Below, piece by piece: positions 1-8,784 of a DNA stretch of 64,000 nt. The notes beneath the pieces were generated by a model. The model saw only the letters and a list, made by a program, of their open reading frames with translations, was not told where the DNA came from and searched no databases. A program made the position numbers and the translations under genes. The DNA is from an uncultured Verrucomicrobiae bacterium (GTDB taxonomy: Bacteria; Verrucomicrobiota; Verrucomicrobiia; JADLBR01; CALLMV01): positions 3,025-67,024 of the forward strand of contig CALLMV010000011.1 in assembly GCA_938005615.1 (NCBI GenBank). Reading direction: 5' to 3'. The first letter of the stretch is position 1; each line of letters starts with the position of its first letter.

Positions 1-732
1 CGCAGAAAGATCAACCCGCGCACCACGCCGATGGAACTCGTAGCGGATCTAGTCACGATTGGCCAGCGCGTCACCCTCTGCCGTGGCGGGCGCGGCGGCC
101 TGGGCAACCAGCACTTCGCCACGCCCACACACCAAGCTCCCACCCACGCTCAGCCCGGGGAAAAAGGCGAGCAGGCCAGCTTTTACCTCGAACTCAAAAG
201 CCTCGCCGATGTCGGCTTTGTCGGCTTCCCCAACGCCGGCAAATCCACCCTGCTCGGTGCACTCACCAACGCCAAACCTCTCGTCGGTGCCTACCCCTTC
301 ACTACGCTTCATCCGCACGTCGGGATCCGCGAATTGCCCGACTACTCCCGCATCACCTTTGCTGACATCCCCGGCCTCATCCCGGGTGCGCACGAAGGCG
401 TGGGCTTGGGTCATGACTTTCTCCGCCACATCGAGCGCACCAAGCTGCTACTGTTTGTGCTCGATATGGCTGGCACAGAAAATCGCGATCCCGCCGATGA
501 CTTCACCATCCTGCTTCAAGAACTCGCGGCCTACTCTCCAGAGTTGGCCCGGCGCCCGCGCCTCATCGCAGCCAATAAATCCGACCACCCTGACTTCGCG
601 ATTTTTCTTCCGGAATTTCAACGGCGCTTCCCTTCAGAAACGATCCTCCCCATCTCCGCGCAAACGGGCTCCGGGCTGGAAAACCTGCTTGCACACATCA
701 CGGCGTTGCTACCCGCAAAACTGCCCGTGTAA
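1..732 (+). CDS. obgE: GTPase ObgE/CgtA (5'-partial)
   Basis: Frame is open from base 1. Contains GGRGGLGN, ELKSLADVGFVGFPNAGKST (G1), YPFTT (G2), DIPG (G3), GLGHDFLRHIERT and NKxD. Confidence 0.97.
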   Translation, partial: RRKINPRTTPMELVADLVTIGQRVTLCRGGRGGLGNQHFATPTHQAPTHAQPGEKGEQASFYLELKSLADVGFVGFPNAGKSTLLGALTNAKPLVGAYPFTTLHPHVGIRELPDYSRITFADIPGLIPGAHEGVGLGHDFLRHIERTKLLLFVLDMAGTENRDPADDFTILLQELAAYSPELARRPRLIAANKSDHPDFAIFLPEFQRRFPSETILPISAQTGSGLENLLAHITALLPAKLPV

Positions 733-776
733 AAAATCGGATTAAACAACGACATCGTTTATAGCACAAATATTTC

Positions 777-805
777 TTGAGATTCCGTCTCATTTAACGG
801 ATAAT
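777..805 (+). promoter_or_regulatory. sigma70-type promoter of feoAB overlapped by a Fur-like box
   Basis: TTGAGA(777-782)-N17-GATAAT(800-805), 5 nt before ATG 811. Palindrome TGAGA-ttccg-TCTCA at 778-792. Confidence 0.7.
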
Positions 806-810
806 GCTTC

Positions 811-1050
811 ATGTTTTTACAGCTCATGACACTTGATCAACTTCGTGGCAAGGAATGGATGAAGATCGTGCAAGTGCGCGGAGAATCCGATGCCACCATC
901 CGCCTGCACGCCCTGGGATTTTTGCCTGGCCGTAAAGTCCGCCACCGTAACACGGCCCTCTTCGGCGATCCCCTGGCTTATGAGTTGGAGGGGCAGAAGG
1001 TCAGCCTGCGTAAATCCGAAGCAGCCCTGGTGGAAGTCGAGCCTCTATGA
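811..1050 (+). CDS. feoA: Ferrous iron transport protein A
   Basis: 79 aa with RLHALGFLPG...FGDPLAYELEGQKVSLRKSEA, overlapping feoB. Alternative start at 826. Confidence 0.93.
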   Translation: MFLQLMTLDQLRGKEWMKIVQVRGESDATIRLHALGFLPGRKVRHRNTALFGDPLAYELEGQKVSLRKSEAALVEVEPL

Positions 1051-3278
1051 TCGCAGAAGCGCCGCAGAAAAAATCTGCAAGCTCCAGACTGCCCCGCATT
1101 GCCCTTTTCGGTAACCCTAATACCGGTAAGTCCACAATCTTTAACCAACTGACCGGTCTGCGGCAGCGCATCGCCAACTACCCCGGAATCACCGTCGAAA
1201 TGCACCTGGGCCGCTGCAGGATAAACGGCGCGCCAGTGGAGATCCTCGACCTGCCTGGCACTTATAGCCTCTCGGCGACCTCTCCGGATGAGCGCGTCGT
1301 TATAGAAATTCTGACCGGACAATCCGGCAAGCCGCCCCCCGACGTGATCGTCTGCATCCTCGACGCCACCAACTTGCGCCGCAATCTGTTCCTAGCTTCT
1401 CAACTGGCAGAATACTCCCTGCCCATGGTGCTTGTGCTCAATCAGTGGGATGAAGCCCGCCGCCGCGGCATCGCCCCCGACCCGGATGCCTTGGAGGAAA
1501 TCCTCGGCGTGCGCGTGGTGCCGACCGTGGGCATCAAGGGCGAGGGGCTCGACACCCTTCGTGAAGCCATCGCCGAAGCACTCGAACACCCACGCCGCAT
1601 GCGCCGCATCGAGTGGCATCCCGGCGTGCAGCAAGCCACCGCCAAGCTGCTTGAAGTCAGCAATGGCACTTTTTCCCCCGCCGAGGTGCAGCGCCTTATT
1701 TTCGATTCAGACAGCTCGCTCAAAAATCGCCGACCCGAACTGCGCCCGCAGATCGATGACCTTATTCACCAGGCCCGGGAATTGGTCCGCCACGAATCCG
1801 GCCTCAACCCCTACGCCGCCGAGGCCATCCTGCACTACTCGCACCTGGATCGCATCCTGGGCCGAGTGCTCAACGACTCGCAACGTGCGCTGAATCGCCA
1901 GGCTGATGAGACGATTGACTCCCTGCTCGTGCACCGCTTCTGGGGCAGCGTGATCTTCGTTGCCATTATGACGGTGATCTTCCAATCCGTGTATGCCTGG
2001 GCTGCGCCGTTCATGGCACTGTTCGAAAACTTTACAGCCTGGCTTCAAGCACTCGCAGCTCCACCGCTGGCGGCCTTCCCGCATTTCCAAAGTCTCGTTG
2101 TGGACGGCATCATCGCCGGTGTAGGCAGTGTCATCGTGTTTCTCCCGCAGATTTTTATTTTGTTTTTCTTCATCGCGCTGCTCGAAGACAGCGGCTACAT
2201 GGGGCGCGCCGCTTTCTTGATGGATAAACTCTTTGGCTGGTGCGGCCTGAACGGAAAAAGTTTTGTGCCCCTGCTTTCCAGCTTTGCCTGCGCCATCCCA
2301 GGAATCCTGGCCACGCGCGCGCTGGAAGATCCCAAAGCTCGCATTACCACGGTGCTCATGGCTCCGTTCATGAGCTGCTCCGCACGCCTGCCGGTTTACA
2401 TTTTGCTCATCGGCGCGTTCATCGAGCCAAGCTTTGGCCCTGTGGTCGCGGGGTGGACTTTGCTCGGCATGCACTTTGTCGGCCTGGCCTTGAGCCTGCC
2501 GTTTGCATGGATTTTTAACCGGCTCATGTTTCGCATTCCAAATCAACCGTTCATCTTGGAAATGACGTCCTACAAAATTCCCCACCTGCCCAATGTTCTG
2601 CTGCGCATGTGGGAGGGGGGTCGCGAGTTTCTGCTGCGTGCGGGCACTGTCATCCTCGCCTTCTCTGTCATTATTTGGGCGTTGCTTTACTTCCCCCGCA
2701 GTGCGGAAATCTCTGAGCAGACAACGGCCCGATTCATCACAGAGACCGTCGCGACCACCGGCCTCTCTGAGAGTGAGGTGCGTGAACTCCTGAATGACCC
2801 GGAATCGGAACTCTCCAGCGAACTTGAACACAGCTTGCAATCCGCCTGGGTCAGCCACAGCTACTTGGGCACGCTGGGCAAGGCGGTGCAGCCCCTCTTC
2901 GCACCCGCGGGCTTTGACTGGAAAATTACGCTCGGCATCCTTGCCAGCTTCCCCGCACGCGAAGTCATCATCGCCACACTCGGCATCATCTACAACCTGG
3001 GCAGCGAAGTGGATGAAGAAAGCGTCGGCCTGCGCGACCGCCTGGCCGCAGAGGTCTGGACAGAGGGCCCGCACGCGGGGCAGCCCGTCTTCACACTTCC
3101 CACGGTGTTTGCCCTGATGGTGTTCTTCGCGCTCTGCATGCAGTGCGGTAGCACCGTGGCTGTGATCGGACGCCAAATCGGTTGGCCTTGGGCGATCGGC
3201 TCATTTGTGTTTATGACCACGCTGGCATGGGCAGCAGCAGTGGTCATTTATCAATTGGGAAGCAGGATCAGTTTATGA
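1047..3278 (+). CDS. feoB: Ferrous iron transport protein B
   Basis: GNPNTGKST, NYPGIT, DLPGTYSL GTPase motifs. Membrane domain with LEDSGYM, PFMSCSARLPVY and CMQC. Confidence 0.98.
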   Translation: MIAEAPQKKSASSRLPRIALFGNPNTGKSTIFNQLTGLRQRIANYPGITVEMHLGRCRINGAPVEILDLPGTYSLSATSPDERVVIEILTGQSGKPPPDVIVCILDATNLRRNLFLASQLAEYSLPMVLVLNQWDEARRRGIAPDPDALEEILGVRVVPTVGIKGEGLDTLREAIAEALEHPRRMRRIEWHPGVQQATAKLLEVSNGTFSPAEVQRLIFDSDSSLKNRRPELRPQIDDLIHQARELVRHESGLNPYAAEAILHYSHLDRILGRVLNDSQRALNRQADETIDSLLVHRFWGSVIFVAIMTVIFQSVYAWAAPFMALFENFTAWLQALAAPPLAAFPHFQSLVVDGIIAGVGSVIVFLPQIFILFFFIALLEDSGYMGRAAFLMDKLFGWCGLNGKSFVPLLSSFACAIPGILATRALEDPKARITTVLMAPFMSCSARLPVYILLIGAFIEPSFGPVVAGWTLLGMHFVGLALSLPFAWIFNRLMFRIPNQPFILEMTSYKIPHLPNVLLRMWEGGREFLLRAGTVILAFSVIIWALLYFPRSAEISEQTTARFITETVATTGLSESEVRELLNDPESELSSELEHSLQSAWVSHSYLGTLGKAVQPLFAPAGFDWKITLGILASFPAREVIIATLGIIYNLGSEVDEESVGLRDRLAAEVWTEGPHAGQPVFTLPTVFALMVFFALCMQCGSTVAVIGRQIGWPWAIGSFVFMTTLAWAAAVVIYQLGSRISL

Positions 3279-3439
3279 AACTCCTCGACTTGCTCTTTAC
3301 ATTTTCTGCGCTCGCCTTAGCGGCTGGTTCTCTCTTGCGCAGCGTTTTGCATAAGAAAAAAAACAACTCTGCTTGCGGCGGATCCTGCGCATGTCCGAAA
3401 TCCCGCGCCAATCTCCGACACGCGCGTCCCACGAGGTAG
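3275..3439 (+). CDS. FeoB-associated Cys-rich small membrane protein
   Basis: ATGA overlap with the feoB stop. 54 aa: N-terminal TM helix, then KKKNNSACGGSCAC. Confidence 0.8.
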   Translation: MKLLDLLFTFSALALAAGSLLRSVLHKKKNNSACGGSCACPKSRANLRHARPTR

Positions 3440-3503
3440 CCCGTCTGCGGGATCACTGTTCCTGCTTCCCCTCAACACGCAAAACATCTAAACATGCGCT
3501 CTC

Positions 3504-5273
3504 ATGCAAACTTACCGCACACATCATTGCGCCCAGCTTCGCTCCGAGCACATTAACCAACGCGTCACCCTCTCCGGCTGGGTGGACTCGCGGCGCGACC
3601 ACGGCGGCGTGATCTTCATTGACCTGCGTGACCGCGAAGGCCTCACCCAGATTGTCTTCAAACCTGACACCGCCCCCGAGGCTGCTGCGACCGCCCACCA
3701 CCTGCGACCCGAGTTTGTGATTTGCGTTGAAGGCACCGTCTCCGCCCGCCTGCCAGGCACCACCAACACAAAACTGCCCACGGGGGAAATCGAAGTCGTT
3801 GCGGATAAAATCGAAATCCTGAACACCGCTGAAACGCCGCCCTTCCCGCTTGACGATACAGACAGCAACGAAGACCTCCGCCTTACCCACCGCTATCTCG
3901 ATCTGCGCCGGCCCAACATGCGCCACAAATTGCGCGAACGCCACCGCATCGTGCGCGCCATCCGCACCTCGCTTGATGAACAAGGTTTCATCGAAGTCGA
4001 AACTCCCATCCTTTCGAAATCCACGCCCGAAGGCGCACGCGACTTCCTCGTCCCTTCGCGCTTGACCCCTGGCACGTTCTACGCGCTGCCGCAGGCGCCG
4101 CAGCAATACAAACAATTGCTGATGGTGGCGGGTTTAGAAAAATATTACCAAATCGCCAAATGCTTCCGCGACGAAGACCTGCGCGCCGACCGCCAACCCG
4201 AGTTTACGCAGGTGGACATCGAAGCCAGCTTCATCACACGCAACGACATCATCGCCGTCGTCGAAAACATCCTCACCCGCGTGTGCCAAGAATCACTGGG
4301 CTTCACCCCGCCCACGCCCTTCCCGCGCCTCGCCTGGCGCGACGCAATGAACCGCTACGGCTCCGACAAACCCGACACGCGCTTCGGACTGGAGCTGCAG
4401 GACTTTTCCGACGTGTTCGCCGAGTCGCAGTTCAAAGTCTTCCGCACCGCGCTGGAGAAGGGTGGAGTCGTCAAGGCCCTGAACGCCAAAGGCCTCGCGT
4501 CCATTACCACTGGCCAAATCGAAAAACTTACCGAGACGGCCAAGCGACACGGCGCCGCAGGCCTCGCCTTCATCAAAATCGAAGGCGGTGAGTGGAAGTC
4601 GCCCATCGTGAAATTCTTTACCGAACGCGAAAAAAACTTCCTGCAAGAACGCCTCGATCTGGAAGAGGGCGACCTCGTGCTCTTCGGTGCCGATAAGTGG
4701 GAAACAGTGTGCGAAGTCCTCGGCCGCATCCGCCTCGAAGCCGCAGACATGCTCGGCCTGCTTAAGGACAATCGCGACTGGAATTTCCTCTGGGTCGTGG
4801 ATTTCCCACTGCTGCAGTGGAGTGAGGAAGACGGCAAATGGAACGCGGTGCATCACCCCTTCACTCGCCCGCTGACCGAAGACCGTGCCGCCCTGGAGGC
4901 CGGACGCTACGCCGACGTGCGCGCCGACGCCTACGACATCGTGCTCAACGGTGTGGAACTCGGCGGCGGCTCCATCCGAATCCACGAACGCGAGCTGCAA
5001 CAAAAAATGTTCTCCATCCTCGGTGTGAACGAAGAGCAGCAACAAACCCAGTTTGGCCACATCCTCAAAGCCTTCAGCTTTGGTGCCCCGCCCCACGGTG
5101 GCCTTGCGCTGGGTCTCGACCGCATGGTGATGCTCTTGACGGGATCGAACTCGATCCGCGAAGTCATCGCCTTCCCGAAAAACAACCGCGGTCAGGACCT
5201 GATGAGTGCCTCGCCCTCGACGGTTGAGGAAAAGCAACTGCGCGAACTGCGCATCGCCGTGGCCTCAAAATAA
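3504..5273 (+). CDS. aspS: Aspartate-tRNA(Asp/Asn) ligase
   Basis: [58 protein letters not shown]. Confidence 0.98.
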   Translation: MQTYRTHHCAQLRSEHINQRVTLSGWVDSRRDHGGVIFIDLRDREGLTQIVFKPDTAPEAAATAHHLRPEFVICVEGTVSARLPGTTNTKLPTGEIEVVADKIEILNTAETPPFPLDDTDSNEDLRLTHRYLDLRRPNMRHKLRERHRIVRAIRTSLDEQGFIEVETPILSKSTPEGARDFLVPSRLTPGTFYALPQAPQQYKQLLMVAGLEKYYQIAKCFRDEDLRADRQPEFTQVDIEASFITRNDIIAVVENILTRVCQESLGFTPPTPFPRLAWRDAMNRYGSDKPDTRFGLELQDFSDVFAESQFKVFRTALEKGGVVKALNAKGLASITTGQIEKLTETAKRHGAAGLAFIKIEGGEWKSPIVKFFTEREKNFLQERLDLEEGDLVLFGADKWETVCEVLGRIRLEAADMLGLLKDNRDWNFLWVVDFPLLQWSEEDGKWNAVHHPFTRPLTEDRAALEAGRYADVRADAYDIVLNGVELGGGSIRIHERELQQKMFSILGVNEEQQQTQFGHILKAFSFGAPPHGGLALGLDRMVMLLTGSNSIREVIAFPKNNRGQDLMSASPSTVEEKQLRELRIAVASK

Positions 5274-5301
5274 CACGGTGGGAAATACGCGGTCTCTCCG
5301 C

Positions 5302-5781
5302 TCAACTGCGTTTGATTTTCCGGAACGGCACACGCAACCCCTCGGCCTCAGCTAGGTCGCGCTGCCGTTCATCGAAAGTGAGGAAGCCCTTCATGCCCAA
5401 ATGCAAAGCCGTCGCCACATGCAAGATGTCTGCCAAGCGGTGACCCTCACGTGAGGTGTGGGTCGCACTCAAACGCTCTGCGATCGCATGGACATCCGCC
5501 CAGTCCACAGGAACCACGCGCATGATGCCAGCCGCCAAATCCGATTGGAAATCGCGCAGCATGGCACTCGCTTCGCGCAACCCGTAGCCCTTGGTGCGGT
5601 CTTTGCTGTGCAGTCGCATCTGAAGCCGCACCGATTGGCGAAACTCGAGAAGCAAAAGTGTCGAGACGGGGAGAGGTTCACGATGAGCATCACGCCACTT
5701 GATCGCTTGGGATGTGAAAATCTGAAGACGATATAAAGAGCATAAAAATGATGTGTCGGGAAAGTGATCCATCACGCTCAT
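5302..5781 (-). CDS. vapC: VapC-family PIN-domain toxin
   Basis: PIN motifs DTSFL, LLEF and R.ADILHVATAL...FLTFDERQ. Coupled to the upstream antitoxin. Confidence 0.9.
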   Translation of the reverse strand: MSVMDHFPDTSFLCSLYRLQIFTSQAIKWRDAHREPLPVSTLLLLEFRQSVRLQMRLHSKDRTKGYGLREASAMLRDFQSDLAAGIMRVVPVDWADVHAIAERLSATHTSREGHRLADILHVATALHLGMKGFLTFDERQRDLAEAEGLRVPFRKIKRS

Positions 5782-6041
5782 CCATCCTCACCCTCCAGCT
5801 CGTATTCGCGCATCTCCCGGATTTCTTGGAGAGTGAAGCATTTGTTCCCCCAGATTTTACGGAGACGTTCACGATAATTAGGGTGTTTGATCGAGGTTTT
5901 CGCAATCGCGCTTTTCTTCTTTGGCGAGAGCACGGCCACAGGCTGGCCGCGTTTCTGGATCTGAATGGTTTCGCCCTCGGCAAGCCAGCCCTCGATTTTA
6001 CTAAAGTTGTTCCTCAAATCGCGAACAGTGGCCGTCTTCAT
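5778..6041 (-). CDS. Phd/YefM-family antitoxin
   Basis: MKTATVRDLRNNFSKI...GETIQIQKRGQPVAVL is a Phd-type DNA-binding N-terminus. 4-nt overlap with the PIN gene. Confidence 0.9.
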   Translation of the reverse strand: MKTATVRDLRNNFSKIEGWLAEGETIQIQKRGQPVAVLSPKKKSAIAKTSIKHPNYRERLRKIWGNKCFTLQEIREMREYELEGEDG

Positions 6042-6075
6042 GTGGACATTTTATGTCCACATTTTGGCTTGTCAA
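6040..6075 (-). promoter_or_regulatory. TA promoter with perfect palindromic operator
   Basis: Minus strand TTGACA-N16-TAAAAT-N6-ATG. Inverted repeat ATGTGGACAT-TTT-ATGTCCACAT (6040-6062) covers the -10 and the start. Confidence 0.85.
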
Positions 6076-6117
6076 TAAGCCACGCCTTTTGATCTCTCCG
6101 GAAGCTTCCAGAATGAT

Positions 6118-6146
6118 TGGTGACCCATGCGGCCGATGGGTCACCA
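6118..6146. repeat. 11-bp inverted repeat hairpin (possible terminator or RNA stabiliser downstream of the TBDR gene)
   Basis: TGGTGACCCAT-GCGGCCG-ATGGGTCACCA, with no U-tract on either strand. Confidence 0.6.
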
Positions 6147-6256
6147 GGTTCGGTAAGCCGGTTCTATGCCGCAAGACGATGCGAGAATCTGTTTTGTGAA
6201 ATGAATATTTTGTGTCCTTTTGGCAGTTCTCTCTGGCGGGTTTTGAAGGAGCCGCA

Positions 6257-8722
6257 TCAGAACTTCCATTCGCCGGAGATGTAGTAACTGCGCCCGGGTT
6301 GCTGCTGGAGGAAGAAGGGTTCTTCGTAACGTTCATCAAAAATGTTGTTGATGCCGGCCACTACGCGGAATTGCCCAAAGCGTGTTTCGCCGAGTGTAGC
6401 TCCCGCGGAAACACCAAAAACGGTGAAGCCTTTAAGCGTGGGGAAGCCGCCTTTGCGAGAGCGTCCGGGATTGCCGAGGGCCTGATCGTTAATGCTGGCT
6501 GTTTGATCCTCGAAGTCCATCGCACTACGCCCTTCGATGCGGGCAAAGTATTCTTCAATCCAGGTGAGTCCGAGTTTCTTACGCCACTCGATGCCGTAGT
6601 TAAATATCCAATCGGGCACGCGCACCAGGTCGGCGTTTTCGGTGAACGTGCGCGCGGCATTGGCATAAGGCGTGAGCCGATCCCAAAACGTGTATGAGCC
6701 GCCCACCTCCACGCCGTAGAGGGTCACGTCGCCCACGTTGTCGTATTGCGCGGTGTTGATTCCCTCAATGATGCCCAGCTTGCGTTCGCCGATGTAGTCT
6801 GCGACGTGGTTGATGTAACCAGCGATCTCGAAGGAGAAATTTTGCGCGGTGCCTTTTGCGCCGATCTCCGCCGAGTAGCAGCGTTCCGGGTCGAGGCCGG
6901 GTTTACCAAGCACTTGGTTGGGCCCACCAATGTTGACAATGCCGCGTTGGTAACGTTCGCCCAAATCAGGCACGCGAAATCCACTGGCCAGCACACCGTA
7001 AGCCGAGATTTCGTCCGTCACGCGGTAGAGGGCGTTGATAGCGCCGGAGAGACCAAAGGCATCTTCGGAACTGTCGGAGATGGAGTCGCGCACTGAGAAG
7101 TAGTCCGCACGGATGGCGGGCGTCACATCCAGTTTACCATCCAGAAGTGTCGTGGTGTTTTGGGCGTAGGCGCCGAAGCGGAATTGCTCGGCGTCGGCAC
7201 GCACGCGACTGAAGGTCGATCGGCTGCCTTCTGCTGCCAGGCTGCTGCTGAGCGGACCGATCTGTTGACGAAGATCAAATCCAGGAAAAAAGAAATTTTG
7301 CAGATCAAACGGCGGAACGATGCGCTGGCCGATGATGGTTTGGTTGGGCAGAAAAGGCCCGGCCAGCACAGCGTTGGTGTTTGGGTTGGCCACCACGCGG
7401 CGCACTTCGCGCTCGGGCAAGTATGCGGTGTCGTAAGCGAAGTCTAAACCCGTAATGAGTTTATTATCCGTGGCCCAGTTGATCCGAGTTTGGAAGTTGA
7501 GTTCGTAGGTGTTCACTTCGTCATCGGTTAGCACCTCGGATGTGGAGAGTGGGCCGATCGGGCCGAGTGTGATGTCGGTAAAGAACAAAGACTCTCTGCG
7601 AAACTGTCGGCGAATCTGCTGCCAGGCGAATTCGGCTGCGGCGTATTCCAGCGGCGCAGAGTCGTTAGTGTATTCCAACTTCACCCCGCTCAGAGAGCGC
7701 TGATAGAGCGGGAAACTGAAATGAAACGGTGCGCTAATGAGGCGTGTGGAGCCATCAGCGATGGGGAAGTAAATATCCGGCGAGACTTGGTAAAATTGCC
7801 CGGGCACGGCATTGAATGGCGGCGTGGCTCCAGGGTTGACGACAGCGTTACCGGGCACCAGCACGCCGGGCGTGATCCCCTGCCCCGCGAAGGCACGCAC
7901 ACTGGGCAATGTGATTTTGTCGTTCAAAATGAGCACGTCGGTGTTGCGTGTGATTGCGCCGTGGAAGCGGAGTTTCAGGTTGTCGTTAAAGAAAATATCG
8001 AGCTTGCCCCAGGCGTTCCAGTTCTTGAAGGAGCCAGAGCGCGGGGGATCGCTGTTGGGCAGGTTGGGTTCATCAAAATCGCTGTAAGAACCCCCAGCCG
8101 CCAACCCCCAGCCGGGGCCGCCGAAGTCAAACCAGCCGCCGGTGCGGTGGGCATCAAACGCGGAATCAAAAGTGTAGCCCAGCGCACCGTTCGCTCCGAT
8201 CTCTTCGCGGCGGCGCGGCTGGCGGGTGATGACGTTAATCACGCCTCCAAAGGCGTCCGTGCCGTAGAGAACCGACGACGGCCCTTTGAGCACTTCGATG
8301 CGTTCGATGGAAAAGGTGTCGTAGAGTGAGAGATTACCGCCGCCGTAACCGATCCCCTGCCCGGCCTGGCGGATGCCATCGGTTAAGGTGAGCACGCGCT
8401 GCGCCCCCAGGCCGCGGATGGAGAAGCCCTCTTGAAAGTAGCTCGGTGCGCCCTCCGCCGGTGCGAGCGAGATGCCCGGAATCTGGCGGATGGCGTTGTC
8501 CACATCTACGAGGTTAGGCCGTTCATCCAGACTTTGCCGACTTATGGTGGTGATGGACTGGGGCACATCGAGTGGACTTTGCGCTTCCCCGCGCGACGCG
8601 GTGACCACGACCTGGATGTCGGCACGCTCTTGTGTGGCCGCTGTTTGTTGGGGGTGAACACTAGTGAGGGATGCCGCAAAGAAAAAAGCGGCTGTGAATG
8701 ATGAACTGTAATTTTTTTGCAT
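6257..8722 (-). CDS. TonB-dependent outer membrane receptor (heme/iron-chelate type)
   Basis: Signal peptide; plug VVVTASR...FSIRGLG...IERIEVLKGPSSVLYGTDAFGGVINVIT; FRVP/KPGL (FRAP/NPNL-like); C-terminal GEWKF. Start at 8722 preferred, 8752 possible. Confidence 0.93.
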   Translation of the reverse strand: MQKNYSSSFTAAFFFAASLTSVHPQQTAATQERADIQVVVTASRGEAQSPLDVPQSITTISRQSLDERPNLVDVDNAIRQIPGISLAPAEGAPSYFQEGFSIRGLGAQRVLTLTDGIRQAGQGIGYGGGNLSLYDTFSIERIEVLKGPSSVLYGTDAFGGVINVITRQPRRREEIGANGALGYTFDSAFDAHRTGGWFDFGGPGWGLAAGGSYSDFDEPNLPNSDPPRSGSFKNWNAWGKLDIFFNDNLKLRFHGAITRNTDVLILNDKITLPSVRAFAGQGITPGVLVPGNAVVNPGATPPFNAVPGQFYQVSPDIYFPIADGSTRLISAPFHFSFPLYQRSLSGVKLEYTNDSAPLEYAAAEFAWQQIRRQFRRESLFFTDITLGPIGPLSTSEVLTDDEVNTYELNFQTRINWATDNKLITGLDFAYDTAYLPEREVRRVVANPNTNAVLAGPFLPNQTIIGQRIVPPFDLQNFFFPGFDLRQQIGPLSSSLAAEGSRSTFSRVRADAEQFRFGAYAQNTTTLLDGKLDVTPAIRADYFSVRDSISDSSEDAFGLSGAINALYRVTDEISAYGVLASGFRVPDLGERYQRGIVNIGGPNQVLGKPGLDPERCYSAEIGAKGTAQNFSFEIAGYINHVADYIGERKLGIIEGINTAQYDNVGDVTLYGVEVGGSYTFWDRLTPYANAARTFTENADLVRVPDWIFNYGIEWRKKLGLTWIEEYFARIEGRSAMDFEDQTASINDQALGNPGRSRKGGFPTLKGFTVFGVSAGATLGETRFGQFRVVAGINNIFDERYEEPFFLQQQPGRSYYISGEWKF

Positions 8723-8762
8723 TTGCAAGTGTTTGAAATTTTTTCGGGACATGTCAATATTA

Positions 8763-8781
8763 AATGAGAAAGAGTCTCATT
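8763..8781. promoter_or_regulatory. Fur-like box upstream of the TBDR gene
   Basis: Perfect arms AATGAGA-aagag-TCTCATT, adjacent to a minus-strand TTGACA at 8752-8757. Confidence 0.7.
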
Positions 8782-8784
8782 ATA

